A stretch of DNA of 64,000 nt, taken from the NCBI GenBank assembly GCA_045837725.1, contig JBEWZL010000069.1, positions 62,001 through 126,000 of the forward strand, written 5' to 3'. This document shows, piece after piece, positions 60,340 through 64,000 of this stretch; the first letter of the stretch is position 1; each line of letters opens with the position of its first letter. Made by a program: the position numbers and the translations under genes. Below the pieces are notes generated by a model. The model was not told where the DNA came from, did no database searches, and worked only from the letters and a program-made list of their open reading frames with translations. The DNA comes from Vermamoeba vermiformis. Taxonomy: Eukaryota.

Positions 60340-63300
60340 TTACAACTTCAAGTTCAGATCCGCTTCTTCGCTTCCCCAAGACAAATAATCTCTGACATAA
60401 GTTGTGGTATCGTCACGATCTGATAATACGAGATATCGTGCATTTGCCATTTTTGGAATGTGTTCAGTGGGTTGAAGCCACTCGATTTTGCGTGACGGCA
60501 AGTGCCACGATGAAACGATTGGTGCGTTTTGTGTGTGAATGAATAGCCGTTCGTTTGAGCACGGAACATTCTGCAAATCATTCATGAATGAGTTATTCAA
60601 TAATATATAATATGTTTTAAGTCTTACCGCGTAGGTGTTAGTGAACACGTGTTTGACTCTGTTTGTTTCGGATCCAGTTCGCAAGTCAACAAAACTACAA
60701 GCAGATGCATAAGTATATCGACGTGCCAACATATGATTGCGACACTGTCCCATAATAAACAGCGTATGCTCATCGACTATCTTAGTGAAAGTGATCGTCA
60801 TTGGGTGTAATGTCTTTCGTGGCACTTTAACGGTGTTGTTTGTGCGAATATCTGTAATCGCATAGTAATCGTTGCCATATGAAGAAACGGTGACAAAAGT
60901 TTTGTTGAACGGATTGTATATAGTTCTACTGTCGAAGTCGAATTTGGGCAGTTGTGCGGTCACTGTTTCGTATTCTATGTTGAATACACATCCAGCTTAA
61001 AATAGCGTTAGAGTAAGACATGATATTGTCCCAGTAAAATAGTGAAAATTTGAAAGAATTAGTGAAGGAGGATTGTTGACACGTGTCAAAGTGTCAATTT
61101 TTTCACACAGCTACGTACCGTACGGAAAAAATATCTGATTTTCGGTGATCGAAACAATGTCCTCAAAGACTCTTAAAGATCTGTAATTATCATCAGGAAC
61201 ATTTTTCAACGGAGCCGATTCTTTCTCGCTTAGAATCTTCAAGAAGAAATTTTGAAGACTTTTGTATTCGCTAACGAGCACTTTCGGAGCACTAGCTGAT
61301 TCAGTCGTGTCTTTCAATATTGTGCAAAATTTGTGGACTGAAGATGTAACTGAAATATTTGCAAAGCTTTGAGTATGACAGTTCCAATAAGCGACTGGTG
61401 TCGTATTGTATGACGTATAATACTCATTCGCAAGGTGGTTGCTCATAATAATCCAATTGTCGTTGATCAGTTGCGGCTTGCCTTTCATTTCTGCAACGGC
61501 GGAATATTTATTCTTCCGCCAGCTGGAGTTTAGCCTGAAAAATAAAACGTTAATAATAGGCAAAAACAAGAATTCAGAAGTTGACAGGTGTGCTGTCAAT
61601 TTTAAGTGTCAAACTCAACAACGAATTTATGACACGTGTCATTGTAAAAAAATCGATCTTAAGTGTCAAAATGTCCTGCTCAACAATGAAGTTATGACAC
61701 GTGTCATTATCAAAAAATTGATCGTTTTGTCGCTTACTTCAATAGTCGCTGCACTCTTGTTCGATAAGGCAGTGTCACATCTTCAACGTGTTTGAAGTAC
61801 TTGACGTGATAATGACGCCAAAATTGCTCGTCTTGATTGAATAAGATTGTTTTAAATTCTTCGTGCAATGTCTTTGAGCAGCTGTATAACCTCGTCAAGT
61901 CATGCGGAGTGAGTTGAATAATAATTTCTTCGAATAATTCTTTCGGTAAATCGAACAGGATTGTATGATGACTATCACTTCCATTTATGGTTATATTCGC
62001 TGATTCCGACAATTCTTCTTCCTTCTTTGGTTTGTCAATGACGTGAAACAATTGATGCAAGTCATCGCATTCAAATAATCTCTGCAAAACTCGTCTGAGG
62101 TGCTGAGTATTGTGCGGCTGACCGTGCTGCAAAAGATAACAATACAACATGCCATACTTCAAATTCTGCGTGTCATAACTCATGTGATGTTCAGTATACG
62201 TCATCCACGCTTGATTGATTTCGTCTTGTTCGACGATAATTTTGAGCGCGTTAAGGAATTCTACGGGAGTGGACGAATTACCCAAGTACTTTGAAAGATA
62301 GGCAATGGCTGGTACTACTCCCGATGAGTTCCTATAAACAAGTCATTAATTATCGAACAATGAAACAACGACGAAAGTAGAGTGATTCGTGTAGGCTTTA
62401 AAGCGCCACCGGACTTGATTTTGGCGATATCGCCAAAAAAAGGAGATAAACAGATAATTGTAAAATTCGATCGGACTTAACCGACAATTTTGTTATAGTA
62501 ATCACGTGCCTGGTTTCGATTGAAATTTACGGCTCATTATTGAGGTAAAACGTAATAATTTTTCACGGTAAACTTTACCTTTGCAACGCAGCAGTGATAA
62601 GTTTTTGTTTGTCAGGGCAAATTTTCTTCAATATGGACCAAGTTCGATTAAATGAAGAGACGCGTACCTTGTCATGTCTCGTAATTTCGTGCAGGATATT
62701 GTTGTGCGTTAACGGATCTTTTTCTACGAATAAAATTTTTAGATCTGATCTCGGATCTCGAGAGCTCAACGGTAAATTTTATTCGTACCTAAGATCCAAT
62801 CACCATCAGGATAACTTTTCAAGTATTCTTCGAATTCTGGAGATTGTATAATGAAGCGCCGTACTTCAGAAGTAGGTACGATTTGGTGCGTCACGTAATT
62901 GTTGTCTTTGAGCCATTGCAAAAGTTTGATTTTGTCTTTGAATTGCAAGCAAGATGTCATAATGGCCGAGCCTAAGGCACTCGCTATATAAAAAAAAAAA
63001 TACGGTTAGTTAAACTGAGGATAGTTTCAGTTTTTGACACGTGTCATTTGAAAAAACCAACAAAGCGATCTATATTAACTAATTTAGGCGTCGAAGCAGC
63101 GATTTTTTTTCCGTGAAATGATTTTCAAACACGCCGTTTGGCACGTGTCATAATGCTGATCGTAATTTAAACTTTTGGCGGTTTCGGTGACAAGCAGTAT
63201 TAAGGTATTTCATCAATTGCTTTAATAACCTCGGTAATTTAGTCCTATTAATAAAATTGATAAATTTACCGTCCGTGCAAACAGCGCCAAGGGCGAAAGC

Positions 63301-63906
63301 AGCTTTGAGGTACTTCGGTTTGTGTGCCAGGGTTGTCAACGGGAAATTGTCTTTAGAGATCAGCGGCGCAGCATATTTTAATCGTTCAATAATTTGGGTT
63401 GAGGAAGCATGTGGTGCGGAGACAAGATCTGGCAGGAATTTTAGTTTGGAAGATCCGCAGCGGATTTGCCCGTACCGAACAGTTTTAGCCATGTTATCTT
63501 CTCAAATGGTATTTTTGCATCCTCATAAGTCATAACAAGCAATTTAATGGCCAGCTCTTGTCGACCAAGATGAACGGCCTGAATTTTCAAATCCGCTTTT
63601 AGCACGAGTAGGGAAAGCTTGTAAGACTTACGTAGCTTATCAAGTCTTCATTTTGATTTTTTAATAGGTCTCGCAATGAGAGGCTATCCATTGAAGAAAT
63701 TAGACGGGCAAAGACTTCGACATCTGCCTTCGAAATTGCGTCCTTCAATGCCTGTAAAATAATTGGTAAAAAATGTTGTTCATTAATTATAATTATTTAG
63801 CACTAAAAGAGCTCGCTCATCTTCCGAGCTAGATTTTAATTTTACATTCCGATGCATTTCCCAACGGATCGTGCCCACCTACCCCGAATTTATCGTCCTT
63901 CTCCAT
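60340..63906 (-). CDS. Tandem paralogue B of the same F-box family
   Basis: LFDLPKELFEEIIIQLTPHDLTRLYSCSK; same exon order as paralogue A; near-identical last exon. Confidence 0.72.
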
Positions 63907-64000
63907 TAGAATTTAATCTGAGTGCGTGCGTTTGTTGTGGGCTTCATTGTAAGAAAAAGCGAGAACTGGCAAAATTCGGAAGCAGCACGGGGATGGTACC

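Overview
Gene-dense, AT-rich, intron-rich eukaryotic DNA with GT-AG introns. The gene set suggests an amoeboid protist (inference). About 20 host genes can be reconstructed: NOG1, a P450, RED/IK, two STE20 kinases, four F-box genes, two divergent mitochondrial carriers, a PA-domain multi-TM protein, CBM20-EEP, an aldo-keto reductase, a GH26 mannanase, ankyrin-BTB, an SR/RRM factor, polyubiquitin, mL46 and a head-to-head GPAT/LPCAT pair. Three apparently intact mobile elements stand out. (1) A piggyBac-type gene whose spliced product fuses a catalytically intact ubiquitin-specific protease (USP/C19) to a DDD transposase. (2) A 5.6-kb CACTG (EnSpm/CMC-like) element with perfect 28-bp TIRs, an intact 10-exon transposase and a divergent orphan gene. 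(3) A 1.36-kb non-autonomous LTR element with identical 112-bp LTRs, inserted after codon 4 of the aldo-keto reductase so that its end and TSD supply GT and AG sites able to splice it out in frame. Separately, the perfect palindrome TGACACGTGTCA occurs at least 15 times, always in introns. All gene models and alignments were made by eye, without database searches.
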